From assembly GCA_964016885.1 (NCBI GenBank), contig OZ024743.1:341558001-341622000 (forward strand): a stretch of DNA of 64,000 nucleotides. Direction: 5' to 3'. The position numbers and the translations under genes are program-made. This document shows, one piece after another, positions 40,029-54,621 of the stretch. Under the pieces are notes generated by a model. It made no database searches and was not told the DNA's origin. It saw only the letters and a program-made list of their open reading frames with translations. Positions within the stretch are counted from its first letter, which is position 1. Every line of letters begins with the position of its first letter. Origin of the DNA: Eledone cirrhosa (taxonomy: Eukaryota).

Positions 40029-43018
40029 AAGGCGGGTAAAATTCCCGAGATCCATGGACGAGTTCTCTCCAGCGGTCTCTGTCCCTCATTATCGCTGCCA
40101 TATCCTGCATCTCCAACAGACCAGTGTTGTCTGTCCTTAGGGCATCAACATATGTTAACCTTGGTCTTCCTCTTCTAGTGTGTCCATGTAGGGGCTCCCA
40201 AAGGAGCACTGAGTGCAATGTCAACTCTGGATGTCGGTGAGCATGTCCAGCCAACCTCAGTCTCCTCTGTGTCACTTTTGAGCTGACTTTTGGGATGCTC
40301 CCATACAGCTCTGAGTTTTTCATCCTCAGTGTATACTGATTAATGTTCAGAGCCATCCTCAGCATTCTCGTGTAGCACCCATCCACCATCTGAGTGAGTT
40401 TCTTGGTCAGTGTCCAAGTCTCAGACCCATACAGCAGCACAGACTCCACTACAGCAATGAAGAGGCGGATTTTCAGGTCTCTACGAAGGTCCGACTTCCA
40501 CACCGATCTCAAGCTGTGGCACGCCGCCCAGGCCTTGCTCTTCCTCTCAACCACATCATCCTCCGTATTCCCAATCTTTGCTCCCAAATACAGGAAGTCC
40601 TCAACCAATTCCAGCGGCTTCCCGCCTACATTAGTGATCCCCTCTGGCTTCTCAACATTCTCTACCAGATATTTTGTTTTAGTCTCAATCATTCTCAGCC
40701 CCACACTCATCGACACAGTCTCAACCTCCCGCATCAAATCCTCTGCCTCCTTCACTGTATTTGTCACCAAAACTATGTCGTCGGCAAATTCAGCACCGAT
40801 ACCTTTTTCGCCCAAACTCTCCTGCTCTGAGCCGGTGCTACAGTAAAGCCAGAGTCCTGGTGTTTCTCCAGTGCAAGGCGCATACAATAGTCCACTACGA
40901 TGATAAAAAGGTAGGGAGCCAATGTATCTCCCTGGAGCACTCCAGCCAGTATCTCAAAGAACTCTGTCATCCCATCAGGTGTAATGACTTGGGCTTTGGT
41001 GTTGGTGTAGAGCAGTGATATCAGGTCCACTATCCTCTTGGGGATTCCATAAGCCTGTAAGATCTTCATCAGGCAGTAACGGTCCACAGAATCAAAGGCC
41101 TTCCTAAAGTCAATGAAAACCATGACCGCAGGAAGGCACTTTGCTCTAGCTCCCTCTAATATCCTCCTCAGCATCAGGATGTGACTGGTGGTTGATCTAT
41201 CCTTTCTGAAGCCGTTCTGGTTGTCCCTGAGCTTCTTCTCCATCTCAGGCTGGATCCTGTTAAGAATCATCCTGTTGAGGGTCTTTGCCACAAGTGATGT
41301 CAGTGAGATCCCCCGGTAGTTGTTGGTGTTAGAGAGATCTCCCTTCTTTGGCACTGGGACGATGTTACTGATCCTCCACTGATTCGGGGCAACTCCTTTC
41401 TCCAGTGCCCCGTTACATAACCCCAGGACGATATCATCAAAATCAGACCTCTTCATCACCTCTGATGCCACTCCATCTTCTCCATGAGCCTTGCCCTCCT
41501 TGATCTTCTTCTTGGCTCTCTGAAGCTCCTCTCTGGTGAAGGGCTCTGTCTCAACATCCAGTTCCTCAAACAGTCGCCTGATCTCCCCAGTGCTCTGGGC
41601 TGTGGAGGGTGGCTCTCCCAGTAGGGTCCTAAAATGGTCTAGCCATTTCCTCTCCTATCCTCAGGCCCCGTTCCCTGGATCTGACTCGAACACCTTTTCT
41701 TCCTCCCTGTGATCTCGTTGATGATCATCCAGCTCTCCTAACATCCAGCTCTGTCAACCGCTCTCTCCACACTTCTGATCTTCTCTATCAGTGCCTCCTC
41801 TCTGACCTCAGTGTAAGCGGTACAGAGCTCTTCCCTCATCACCTCCTCAGTCTCCATCGTCTCATCCGTAGGTTCAGCATAGAATTGGTCCCTGGCAGCT
41901 TTCAGGTGTTCTCTGGCTGCACACACTTTTGGGTTTGCAGAGCTGACGTGCTTCCCTTTGTTCTTTTTCCTCGGCACCAGGGTTTCACTTGCTTTCGCCA
42001 CTGCATTGGTGAAGTGCCCGTACCTCCTCGTCACACTCTCCTCAGTCCATCCAATCTCTCTCTCCTCTGACTCTCCACAAAGAGCACTAAACCTGTTTCT
42101 CACTTCCACTGTGAACCTCTCCTGTAGCTTATCATCTTCCTTGAAAGCTCCCCAGTCATAGATTGTTCTCCGGGGCTGAGCCTTGCTCTTTCTTAAGCTC
42201 ACGCGGACCTCACTCATAACAAGCCGGTGGTCACTACCCAGTGTACTGAAATAGCTGTATGGTTCCGTGTTCAGAACACTATTCCGCCACTTTTTCCTCA
42301 CCAGAATGAAATCAATCTGGGAATTGGACAGGTGCATATCTGAGATGTAGGTCCACATCTTCCCCAGATTCTTCCTAAACCTTAGGTTGGTCGCCATCAA
42401 GTTCGCCTCCAGCAGGGTGTCTCTCAGTAGTCTTCCATTTCGGTTGGTGTTGTTATGGAAGTACCAGCAAGGATCTTCACTGCCCTCCTTACTCAGATGT
42501 GCATTGAAGTCCCCCAAAACAAGCAGGATATTGTGTGCCTGAGTGGTGTTGACAGCCCTACACACCTCCTCATGGAACTCCTCCGCATTCACATCACTGT
42601 CCCCCTCGGTTGGACTATAGGCTGAGATGACTGTCAGTCTTGGGTTTCCATTGAAGGTCACCCTCAACACTCGCGGGGAGATAGGCATTATTTCCCTCAC
42701 CAACAGATTGGTTTTTGCACTGAACACAAAACCCACTCCTCCCACTGCAGCATTTGTTGTGTTCTTCACTGCCGATGTAGTGATGAGCTGGCTCTTCCTC
42801 CCGATCATCACACTCCTCACGGGCTCATCGTGTAGAATCCTGTGTTCTTGGATCGCAAGTATCTGTATACCACTCTCCTCGAACAGATGTCCCAACTCCT
42901 CTCTCTTCTCCAGCGTTCGAATAGTCCTCACATTCAAAGTGCCCATTTTGATGGCTCTTCTGCAGGACAAAACTGCATTCTTTATATTTGTCTCAGAGAC
43001 AGCTGATCCATCATCCAC
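40027..43018 (-). pseudogene. RTE polyprotein: APE endonuclease plus reverse transcriptase, with a premature stop and frameshifts
   Basis: APE motifs: GTLNVRT, IQEHR, GDFNAH, IDFIL, SDHRL. RT motifs: NYRGISL, QNGFR, FIDFRKAFD, GVLQGDTLAP, FADD, FLYLG, LLYGSETW. Breaks near 41738, ~41660 and ~40800. Confidence 0.92.
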
Positions 43019-43336
43019 TGGCCCTCTCTGTGGCTCTAAGCCAGCAGAGTCATAACGACCAGGTTGCTACTTGACAGTGTAATTAGGGGCTCTAACCCTA
43101 GTGCTGTTAGGTCGACTCTCCATATTTCTTTTCAATGGCTGACAATACCTTACCGGCGCCACTCGAATAAGGTAGTTATTTAACCCATAAATGGAGTCCT
43201 AACAGGTACTACCACCCCGGGCCAGGGAAGACCTGGGAGTCATGACAACTAAGGGGTAACTCCACATTCCCCACATCTCCTGAACTCCCGAACTGGAGCC
43301 TTGCCACTGGATGTAGTTTAATGTCATACCCAGGAC
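40027..43336 (-). mobile_element. Near-full-length RTE-clade LINE (APE plus RT), inserted in (TA)n
   Basis: A single ORF broken into three pieces, a short 5' region, and (TA)n at both ends. Confidence 0.92.
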
Positions 43337-43984
43337 ATATATATATATATAAGTGTGTGTGTGTGCATGTGCGTATGCTTGTAAGTATGCGGGGGTGGAG
43401 GTGTGTCTATGTATATATGCATGATTTTACAAACATAGACCCAGAGCTTCGTCTAGCTTAACCCACATTTATTCTAATTCGATGTCATCCCAAGTTTGTA
43501 CAATGATACGTTTAGGTGAAGGTGAAAGTAGCAAAAACGTGATATCTATTCTTTAGGAAACATGATGTTTACTTCGGTACCACATTGTGGTATATAGCCA
43601 ACGACATCAACACTTCTATATATGTTTTTGTATAGCATATGCAAAAATCAAGCAGACTTATATATAAAGGTGTTCTAACCATGGATATCCCGTATTTTAC
43701 TAAAAGCCAATGAATCTATGACTTCAATATCCAATATGCTCTTAACTTTTTGAAAGTAGTATGTCGTTATTTCATGTGCACTTGATTGCAATTTCTATTA
43801 GATCCTGTTAAAACGTACAGGTTCCCTCGTTGGCTCACCCCTAGCACTCATTTTGTTCATTGCAACCTATTTTATCGAGGGATAAAATGAAGTATCAGGC
43901 GGGATTTGAACTATTTGAACTCGGTATGTCTTGGGACTAAAACCAATTAACAAAGGTTATTTTAACTGAAACAGCATCGGGTGA

Positions 43985-44800
43985 AGGAAGACGTGTTGCG
44001 GGCTCCTGGGCTGCTGTAAACATATGCGAAGTGAATATAAGTGAACATTTAAGATGCAGTGTCGGGAATAAGCAGGGGTGCTCAATGCGTTTCAATAATT
44101 TTCTGAAGGATATTATGAGCAGAACAATAGAAGACTTTCAAGCAGACTTACGAATACAGCGGCTACCGGTAAACAATCTCAGGTTAGCTGGCGCAATAAC
44201 CCTAGTAAATGGAAGTGAATAATATCTGCGCAAGCTGGAGATAGGGAAGGTAATCGAAGAAATTTGTTATGGAAATATGTGTTGATAAGAGCAAGGTACT
44301 TGGGGTGATATGAAGTGCAAGAAACAAACAAGAGCTGATCAAGATTGATGAAAAGGAACTAGAGAAAGTGAAACAATTTTAGAACTCGGGATGTACCATC
44401 TCAGAGATTAACAATTGAAGTGAAGTCAAGAACTGGCATAGAGATGACATCTTTGAACAGATAACATCTTGAAGAACAGTAAATGAAGATTCAAATTGAA
44501 ACTGAGGCTCATGAAATCAATAGTGATACCAGTGATACTGTATGGATGTAAAAGCTGGACATACAATGAGGAAGTGAACTGAAGGATGAACGTATTTGAT
44601 ATGAAATGCTGTAGAACATTACTGGAGGAGAAATGGTAAGACAAACAAACCAGCGAGGAAAGCACGAGTGCAGCACAGAAGTTCATGATAAATATAGCAC
44701 AAATTGCAATCTGAAGTATTTTAGTCATGTTGTAAAACACCCCAAGGATTTGAGACTGGCACTGTAATACACGGACATCCTCCATGTAGCAGGGTATGAG
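43985..44800 (+). pseudogene. Old RTE-type RT fragment
   Basis: GNKQGCS..FNNFL, VNNLRLA and VIPVILYGCKSWT, with many stops. Confidence 0.7.
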
Positions 44801-47800
44801 GGTGGTCAATGTGTTAGATTAGTGAGATCGGTGCATGCGCCGACAGTATAATGGTGATGATGGTGACGACGATGGTGATATCTGACGCTCAACCGATGCC
44901 ATCAACCTGCCGCTATATTCTTGAAACTTTTAATATTTTAATAATCGATTGTTCAATATTTAGCTATATAATATGTATATAGTATTGGATCTGGACTCAT
45001 ATTTAAAAAAATATGGAAAACATATATTTATTGCTGACTGGGAAGCATTTTCATGAAACTAAAGAAATAACTTTTAAATCAATAGTGAGAAACGTATAAT
45101 AAACAGTAGTAGAAAAAATATCTTTCTATCATACATTTATGAACAATATCGTTGTTGCTTATATATTTTCATTGGCCTACTTACTGGTTCACTGGGTTGT
45201 GATAGCAAGAATCACAACAGAATGTGTATTTAAATTAGACGGAATAATTAGTTTCTAATAATGTCTTGACAATCGGGTAGAAATGTTACTTCCTCGTTGC
45301 TTTATATACATTTCATCAAATTAAGCGCACACGCTCACGGTCATAAAATAATGACTACGACGTATAGTAGAGGAAAGTCGTTAATTTTATAGTAAATGAC
45401 TTCAATAATGTCGGTTGCATAACAAGATTTATTCGGTTTTTGCGGATACGAAGAACATCGAAATGTAAAGCCTTGTTGATAAAGGAAGGGATGAACAAAA
45501 ATGATGGCCGGTGTTCTCTCCCATTGTGTATGCTACATAATAAAGGATTGTGATGTGTACTGACACCTTGCATACACTGTGAAATTTTGGCAACAGGAAA
45601 ACGGGAGGAAAATACTTCTTTCTAATTAGGCTAGAAATTGGAAGAGAAGATTTACTCAATGACATCGACCTTACTAATTGGTTGTTACTTTATTTTATTA
45701 CCCCCGAAAGTTGAAAGAAGCAGTTGAGCTCGATGTAATGTCAGGTCAGAATGTAAAGAGGTGGGACAAATGTCGTAAAGCATTTAATTCTAATTCCTAA
45801 TGATTCTGCTAATCAACCGGCTTAGATGGAGAGAAAATAATAATTTCTATTTTAGAAACAAGGTCAGTAATTGCGGAGAGGGGGAGATTCGATTGTATTA
45901 ACCCCACTACTGGAATGATACTTTAGTATATCGACCATATAATCCTGAAAACTTAATATAACTTCACTAAGCTATAAACAGAGAACCAAAAACGCCAGAA
46001 CGAATATAGTATATTTTGTCTGATGCTCTAACGATTTTGACAATCCATTGCCAATATGGACGTGAAATAATTGTTAGTGCAACATAAGACTAGGTTTCCC
46101 TACGACCATTTTCTTCACTAAGTATTGATCAGAGAAGAAGACGTATGCCCAGCTTGATACGTGATTGTTAAAAGAAATATGTTTAAGTACTCAGCCATGG
46201 TCTCAGTCGTTTCTAACTTGATATACTTCTAAAATCATAAGACAGTATTGTGATAACTAACATTGAATTGTTGGTAAATGTCTATCTAAGTGATCCTTAC
46301 GTCTATTGATATTAAAAGCAATTTGACAGCAAAATTTACCTCGTAGGAGAAATTCATTTTCTTCAGCAATGACAAATATAATTTCTCTCTCTATCTCTTT
46401 ACCCCACATCGATTACACTTACAGAAATCAAAAATGATATAATTATAATGGAATAAAAACAAAACAAACCTAAACATGTTTTTTAAAATTATGCAACAAT
46501 GTGTATCACTTTATCGAAGCTCTTAACAAAAATGTGTCTTTCCTGTTTTTGATTTTGTAATTATTTAAACCCACGAGACCACTAACCGAGCAGTCGTACT
46601 ATCATAGATATAATAGACATCAAGCTCGTTTCTTTTTCTTCAACACAATGCACCAGGTTTCACATTGTTCAATATTTTCTTTTCTTTAAGTGTATGAATT
46701 GTGCCTCTGAAGCAAATTTAGGAGCTATTTATAGCAGTTCAAGGGACTACTTATGAGATCGATATCGTAGTAAACACTATTTATTGGTTAAACTTCAAAT
46801 CCTTGCACAGTGTTTTTTCTTGTTCTCAGCAGAGGATTTCCTTTCTTATATTAGCGTCTAACCCTTTTATGAAAATGAGGAAGGAAATTACAAAAGAAAA
46901 ATAATTGAATGCGTTGCACCTTTGTCTTATCAGATAAAAGCCTGCGTTACATAAATTACGTAGTCTGCTTCAATTTGTTCTAAGTACACAGCAGACTAGT
47001 CTGTAATTTCTATGTTATCCATTAGGAGGTTATTTTGATCGTATCTATATCTCTTCTATTATGTTCCGCTGCCACTGTCTGATTGTTCAGGCTACAGAAA
47101 TATTTGTTTTGTTTATTGATGACCGGCTTCAGGCATTTAGCAAACTTTCCATTTATTTTGATCATATTGCTTTCTTGATTCTTTCGCAATTTCTCTATTA
47201 GTATGCTGTCAATCGCCCTATAGTTTTGTACCAAACATTAGAATAAATAGACATAACATATACAGCACAAACTAGTACACAGACACGGACGCGTACTCAC
47301 ACATGCATGTACATATGTAAATATATAAGCACATAGAGCCATGCATATGTGTGTGTGTCCATCACGTAAATATATACATGTAAATGTAAGTATGTTTCAT
47401 GTTCTAAGCCCAAATCGTTGTACCCAGTTATCTAAAATTTGCATAAGGACACATTCGACAGCGAACGGCGAGGACATCTTGTCTTAAATTTCCTTTCTGG
47501 ACTGAGAAAGTCTCATGATGATTTGAGATTTTTCGCGATGCTCTACTCAGAATATCGTTATTTTCTCAAAGAAGCTGCAGTAGGGATATTAAAGTAAGTA
47601 AGTAAAGAATGTTTCTTATCTTGTTTGCTTTCCCATATATGATTTTATTAAGATCTAAATGTGTAGATTTTTGTTAATTTTTTCATAGAGCAAAACATAG
47701 TATCATTCCGACGTCCTTGTATCTATACTTGTGTAGATGTATGTATATTACTTCATTTGATTTGTGTGTGTATATATATATATATATATGGTGAAAGAAA

Positions 47801-47918
47801 TTGTAGACGTTAGAAACGTTCTATACAGGTTATAATATACTTTTAAACATGCTGAAAAATGGGTGTTAAAAGCGCACAACGTATATATGTAAAGGAACAT
47901 TATATCATGTAGAAAGAT

Positions 47919-48098
47919 TGATGTTAGCAAAGCCTGATTTCTTCGTTTTGGATTATCAAAACATTTGTTATTAGACTAAATTATTTTTTCATTAACAATC
48001 CTGATGCTGATTCTCGATCACAATTTAACGACAAAAATAAAAAACATAACAAATGTTTTGATTATCCCAAACGGAGAGAGCAGGCTTTGTTAATATCA
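47919..48098. mobile_element. MITE-like hairpin with ~53-bp imperfect TIRs
   Basis: tgatgttagcaaagcctga...tcaaaacatttgttat versus ataacaaatgttttga...caggctttgttaatatca. A related copy is at ~26625-26820. Confidence 0.65.
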
Positions 48099-48138
48099 GT
48101 TTTTAACATCAATGTTTGTACATTATGAAAAAATCCTT

Positions 48139-48170
<32 letters not shown>

Positions 48171-48204
48171 AAGGATCTCTTTATAATGTACAAAAGTGCA
48201 CCTG

Positions 48205-48238
<34 letters not shown>

Positions 48239-48284
48239 CATGCCCACTTTTCAACCTGTTCTTAACATCTTTTTATATATATAT

Positions 48285-48729
<445 letters not shown>

Positions 48730-49299
48730 GAAGCATTGTGAGATATGTAACAAAGGTGTTACTTAGAAAGCTGGTACAATGCGAATAGGACAAATAGTGA
48801 TCGAAGTAGAGTGGGGGTAATATAACAATGACAAAACAAACAATCGTTTTTCCCATATATTTCTTAGTTCAAGGTTATGAACTTCTTTTAAAATGTACGA
48901 TGCAAAGACGAAATATGTTGTTCCTGCAAACATTTATTTCGCTGTGTGATTGACCGTTTGTGGAAATGTGACATGCGCAGACGGTTCATAACAGCCAGTC
49001 TGTGCCATGCAGCCCAGATCTCTTGTTAATGTTCAGCTTATCCCTTTTTATAGGAAGAACCTCTTGTTTGTTCCCCAAATTAGCCACGTTCCTCTCGGTG
49101 GCCTCCATGTTGATCTCAATATCATGGTGTGGCTTTTCTCTGGTTGTTGCTTTACTCATGGTCATGTGTTTCAATGAGTATATTTAGCTTTTAAATTTGT
49201 TTGCGTATATGAGCTACTTCCCTTCGATTCCTAATCGAACAAGATTTGTGAATGGTCCGGCCATAACTGGGTACACAATTTCGAAGGTTGTATTATGGT

Positions 49300-50060
49300 C
49301 TACGTTGATGAAATTAATATATATTTTGACGGCCGCCTCACGCAATGAAGTGAGCATGATAATATCGTCCACATATCAGGAGAAGATGGATCAGGGGTAT
49401 CAGATAGTAACCACACTAGGCCTCTGTTTGTATATGCATTAATGGTCAGCAGGCTTGAGTGACTTGCTTTCAACCGCAGTCCAGAGATCTGTTTGCAGGC
49501 GGAGACATCGAACTCACTTCGGACATCAAATAGAAGTAGTGGGTCTACATGGAGCAACTCTTTGATCATCCGGTTCGACACTCTATCGAGTAAACTTACT
49601 CTAAAATCACTTCGGAAGAACCCCATTTCGGCGGCTTTTATTTGCGATCGTATTCCTTCAGTCATTACCATAAATTTATGTCCAAGTAAGGGGTGGCCTA
49701 ACTACTGAATCAAAGATAGAAAATTTGACCTACCTCACATCTGTCGATGGCCGAATGCTGGCGTATTGCAGCACAACTCCTGCAATTCCTGCACTTAACT
49801 TCTATCATTCGTGAACATGTTGCTGACATACATAAACATTTCCACCTGCTTCGGGATGCTCCACTGACATGTAGAATGCACCGCGTAGGCTTCCTTGGTG
49901 TGAAGAGTGTTTCAGTCTTTGCAGAACTGATTATCATTCTTGACGTGCAGCACTCGGCAGCAAACCTATCAAGTGCATATCGAAGATCACCTTCTGATGA
50001 GTTAACTAGCACCATGTCGTCTGCAAATTGCATTCGTGATACCACTTCCAATGCACTTCA
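49300..50060 (-). pseudogene. Old RTE-type RT C-terminal fragment
   Basis: QFADDMVL..LRYALDRFAAEC and IRSQIKAAEMGFFR. Confidence 0.75.
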
Positions 50061-51153
50061 TTGGGGATTTCGTAAGATTATAATACATTTCGTTTATAAT
50101 TTTATGGTAATACTATGCTAAGAGTTGTGAGAATGGTAATTCTCAAATCAATTTCGCTACATTTTTTTCCATGAGTTCACTTTCAAATCTATTTAGCTCA
50201 TTAACATTAATATCTTTGAAAACCATAAAACTATACATCTTCAGAAAGCTCATCGAAAGGGAAATAATCTGGTATGCAAAACATACAAAATATAAATTCC
50301 CTCATTTTTTTTTTTTTTGCCCAATTCCTCCGGTTGTATTATCGAGATGAACATCAAATGATTCCAAGATGTTACAAAAGAGATTCACTTGTGTGCATAA
50401 TGCTAGTCATATCAGATTTGGTAATTGATACTACTCTGTGGCGAACGTTAACACTTTTCAAAACAAGGATTTTATGTGTAGCGGTTCATTTTACAACAAC
50501 AATAGGATAAATAGATTTGTAAAAGCTTCAGAAAATCATTTCCTGAAATATGTCAAGGAATTTAGTTTACTACGCACTTCACGCAATGGTCTTTCGAAAG
50601 TTCTAATATATTTAACTTCGATCGAGACGGTTAACAACTGTGTATCCTGAAAGTTTATTAGATTAACAGTTAATTGCATTTAACTTCTCTTTTTTCTAAA
50701 TATTCGCACATTCAAGAAACAGCCAGAACATATTCCTACAAGCGTTTCCAAGCCTATTTTCTGTGTGGACATTTTGTAAATGATTTGTAATATTTGAACT
50801 ACAATTCTCAACGCCTTTATTCCAGATTTTCTCGAAAGATTTACGCTACATCTACGCAAGTTAGTGATCATATTATTTCTAACAACTAATGATTTAAAAA
50901 ATTATCGCAGAAATTAGGATAAATATTTTGAAATGTTTAAAGTTAAATTAATATGCCGCCCTTGCATATGATTTGTGCAAACAGCAATATGTATTCCATA
51001 CGTTAGATTATTCAGAAATAATATAAGGTTTATTATTTGTAGTCTAAAAAAAGTTTTAAGGTCGACTGGACACATCGAATTAAATCGAAAACACTGTTAG
51101 AATTAATATTCAAGGAATTTTCAGTACACACACACACACACACACACACGCAC

Positions 51154-51199
<46 letters not shown>

Positions 51200-51256
51200 T
51201 TATGTATATATCCAAATATATATATAGTGAGAGAGAAAGATTATATATATATATAT

Positions 51257-51519
51257 CACCTGGGTCACATTGACCGACCAGTTTGTCGGGCGGCAAACGG
51301 CGCCGCTGGTCAGAGCACATCGTGCTGTTTTAGCCATAAGATAACGCCATCCCACTGGCTGGGAGGGCAGGCCGGTAATCATTTCTACAGCTGAGTAAAC
51401 TGGAGCAACGTAAAATAAAGTGTCTTGCTCAAGGAAACAACACATCACCCGGTCCGAGAATTGAACGCACAACCTTTGGATTGAAAGCCCAATACTTTAA
51501 CCACTAAGCCATGCGCCTT
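51257..51519 (-). mobile_element. tRNA-derived CORE-type SINE
   Basis: A-box tggcttagtggtt, B-box gcgttcaattctc and CORE-like tccttgagcaagacactt. Confidence 0.75.
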
Positions 51520-51795
51520 CACAAGCATAACAATATATAATTGTAAGTTGTGATGTTGCTATTCCATGGAATAGCAACATCACAACTTACAATTAAGGAC
51601 AAAATGAAAACACGCACACACATAGAACAAACAACCAACCAGTAACATGTAAATAAACAAATAAATAAACAAATATAAACACACACAGACACCCGGATGT
51701 AATACATGCGCAAACTAAGCACACAACACACACAAAAACAAGATGGCGTAGGACAGAACAAAGGAGATGCACACAAACAAAGAAAATAATTCCCA

Positions 51796-51838
51796 GTCGC
51801 TGAAGAGGTCACAGAATGTGTGACGAAAGAACTTTGAC
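51796..51838 (+). ncRNA. Decayed hammerhead motif
   Basis: gtcg-CTGAAGA-g gtcaca gaatg tgtgac-GAAA-gaac-TT-tgac. It lies within a pLTR-like repeat (~51520-51995) related to 3063-3130 and 55175-55630. Confidence 0.5.
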
Positions 51839-52048
51839 AATATATGAACAATCGTCTGGTTGTGGAACTAACCAACCAACCAGAAATTTATAAATTCCTA
51901 AATTTATAAATTTAATTTATAATAAATTTAAGTGAAAGCGACTGGTGCGTGTGTTTCTTATTAGCAACATGACCCTCCCAAAGTATAACAATATCGGTTT
52001 CAACACACGTTTTCACTTAAAGAATCTTGGTAAACAAATTCGTAAACG

Positions 52049-52093
<45 letters not shown>

Positions 52094-52169
52094 ATATAAA
52101 GAAAAGGGATGAAATCGAAAATGCAACTGGAGTCTTATTTTTTTTAATAATATATATATTTATTTGGTT

Positions 52170-52207
52170 CCTTTACCGGTTTCGCAGTTCTTCTGCTTTT
52201 CAAAAGG
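52170..52207 (-). ncRNA. Minimal hammerhead, U3-A8 core variant
   Basis: cctt-TTGAAAA-gcag aagaa ctgc-GAAA-CCGG-TA-aagg. Confidence 0.7.
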
Positions 52208-53078
52208 TGAGTTGAGATGGAGGGTCTGTGGTTTTTCTCACATCTGGTTGGTCTCCGAATGTTACTTGTTTTATATGGAAAAGGTGGCTCGAAATGCCAG
52301 GTTTTTCGAGAAGTAATTTGATTGGTTTGTCAATAATTATAATAAATTTCGCGCCAGTTCGCGTTACAATAGTTCTTCAAATAAGAGGGGGGGGGGTTGT
52401 CACAGGTTGTTTTTTCATATATGAGTGTTTGAATTTCTTTTTACTTGAAAAAAGGAGGTCCCGCGAAGGCTTTTTTTTGGTTGGTTATAAATGAAATTAT
52501 GGCTGTCACGTGAACAAGTTTTCATTAAATTTTTGTGCCCTTATTTGGAAATCCATTCTGTAGCCTTTTTAGAGAATTTTTTGATAAGTGAAAGATAATG
52601 ATCAAGATAAAGGGATGGGAGAATTGTTCTGGTTCAGTGAATATGGTTAGTTCGCTGAGGTGTCAGAATTCAGATTTTCTATTGAATAAAGAAAGTAAAG
52701 ATATGTATGTTTAGGTGTGTGCTTGTGTGTGTGTGTGCGTGTGTGTGTGTGTTGTGTGTGTGTGTGTTTGAATTTCTTTACTTTAAAAAAAGGTGGCTCA
52801 CGAAGGCTTTTTTTAATAAACGTGATTTGATTGGTTATAAATGAAATTTGGCTGTCACGTGAACAAGTTTTCATTACATTTTTGCGCCCTTATTTTGAAA
52901 ACTATTCTGTAGCCTTTATAGTGAATGTGATGACAATGGAAAGATAGTGGTCAAGAGAAATCGGATTGGGAGAATTGTTCTGGTTCAGTGAATATGGTAA
53001 GTTCGCTGGGGTGTCAGAGTTCAGATTTTCTATTGAAGTGAAGATATGTATGTTTATTTGTGTGCTTGTGTGTGTGTA

Positions 53079-53110
<32 letters not shown>

Positions 53111-53358
53111 TATTGGAAGATGATTCTATTAATAGAAATGGGGGAGGGAGTTGTGTGTGTGTGTATATGGGTGTTATGTGTGTGTGTGCGAGTATGTTAA
53201 GATGGAGAGAATATATATTTTGTGTGTGTGTATATATATGTGTGTAGGAAAGTGGTTCTATTAGTAGAAATGGGGAGGGAGTTGTGGGTGTGGGGGTTGT
53301 TATGTGTGTGTATGGGTGTTATGTGTGTGGGAGTATGGTTAGCATGTTAAGATGAAGA

Positions 53359-53398
<40 letters not shown>

Positions 53399-54208
53399 TG
53401 TGTGTGTATGTGTGTAGGAAAGTGATTCCTTTATTAGGAATATTTTTGAATGAACATATTTTCCTTACTTATTGGTATTTGCTGTTGGACCATTATCTTT
53501 CCATTGTCATAACATTCTCTATAAAGGCTACAGAATAGTTTTCCAAATAAGGGCGCAAAAATGTAATGAAAACTTGTTCACGTGACAGCCAGATTTCATT
53601 TATAACCAATCAAATCACGTTTATTTAAAAAAAGCCTTCGTGAGCCACCTTTTTTTAAAGTAAAGAAATTCAAACACACACACACACAACACACACACAC
53701 ACACACACACAAGTACGCAAATAAGCATACATATCTTTACTTTCTTTATTCAATAGAAAAACTGAATGCTGACACCCCAGCGAACTAACCATATTCACTG
53801 AACCAGAACAATTCTCCCATCCCTTTCTCTTGACCATTATCTTTCACTTCTCAAAACATTCTCTAAAAAGGCTACAGAATGGATTTCCAAATAAGGGCAC
53901 ACAAATTTAATGAAAACTTGTTCACGTGAAAGCCATAATTTCATTTATAACCAACCAAAAAAAAAGCCTTCGCGAGCCTCCTTTTTTCAAGTAAAAAGAA
54001 ATTCAAACACTCATATATGAAAAAACAACCTGTGACAACCCCCCCCTCTTAGTTAAAGAACTATTGTAACGCGAACTGGCGCGAAATTTATTATAATTAT
54101 TGACAAACCAAAAACCTGGCATTTCGAGCCACTTTTTCCATATAAAACAAGTAACATTCAGAGACCAACCAGATGTGAGAAAAACCACAGACCCTCCATC
54201 TCAACTCA

Positions 54209-54246
54209 CCTTTTGAAAAGCAGAAGAACTGCGAAACCGGTAAAGG
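54209..54246 (+). ncRNA. Minimal hammerhead, U3-A8 core variant (mirror copy)
   Basis: Identical to 52170-52207 on the opposite strand. Confidence 0.7.
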
Positions 54247-54370
54247 AACCAAATAAATATATATATATTTTTTTTAAAATAAGACTCCAGTTGCATTTTC
54301 GATTTCATCTCTTTTTCTTTATTCTCGTGTAGGACACCTCGGTTATTTTTCATTTTGTAAAAAAAAACTC

Positions 54371-54480
<110 letters not shown>

Positions 54481-54578
54481 GTTCATTCGTCCGATGAACG
54501 AATGAGAGCGTTTTTCGTATTCGTCTTATTCGGGAAACCTCTGGTAATGAGGTAATTATATTGTATTGTTTATTATAC

Positions 54579-54621
<43 letters not shown>

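Larger units (their letters stand above)
52098..54322. mobile_element. 2.2-kb fold-back element (PLE-derived, no intact ORF) with a hammerhead near each end
   Basis: 52098-~52960 is the reverse complement of ~53490-54322. Each arm has an internal ~360-bp tandem duplication. (TA)n lies outside both ends. Confidence 0.85.

Noticed and set aside
40394-43055. Plus-strand ORFs overlapping the RTE
   Set aside because: Antisense shadows of the RTE coding frame.
43020-43336. HDV-like ribozyme at the 5' end of the RTE
   Set aside because: I could not build the nested double pseudoknot by eye.
37250-47590. Possible host exons after polypyrimidine-AG sites (~37258 +, ~45580 -, ~47575 -)
   Set aside because: No recognisable protein similarity or consistent donor sites. 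They cannot be supported without RNA data.
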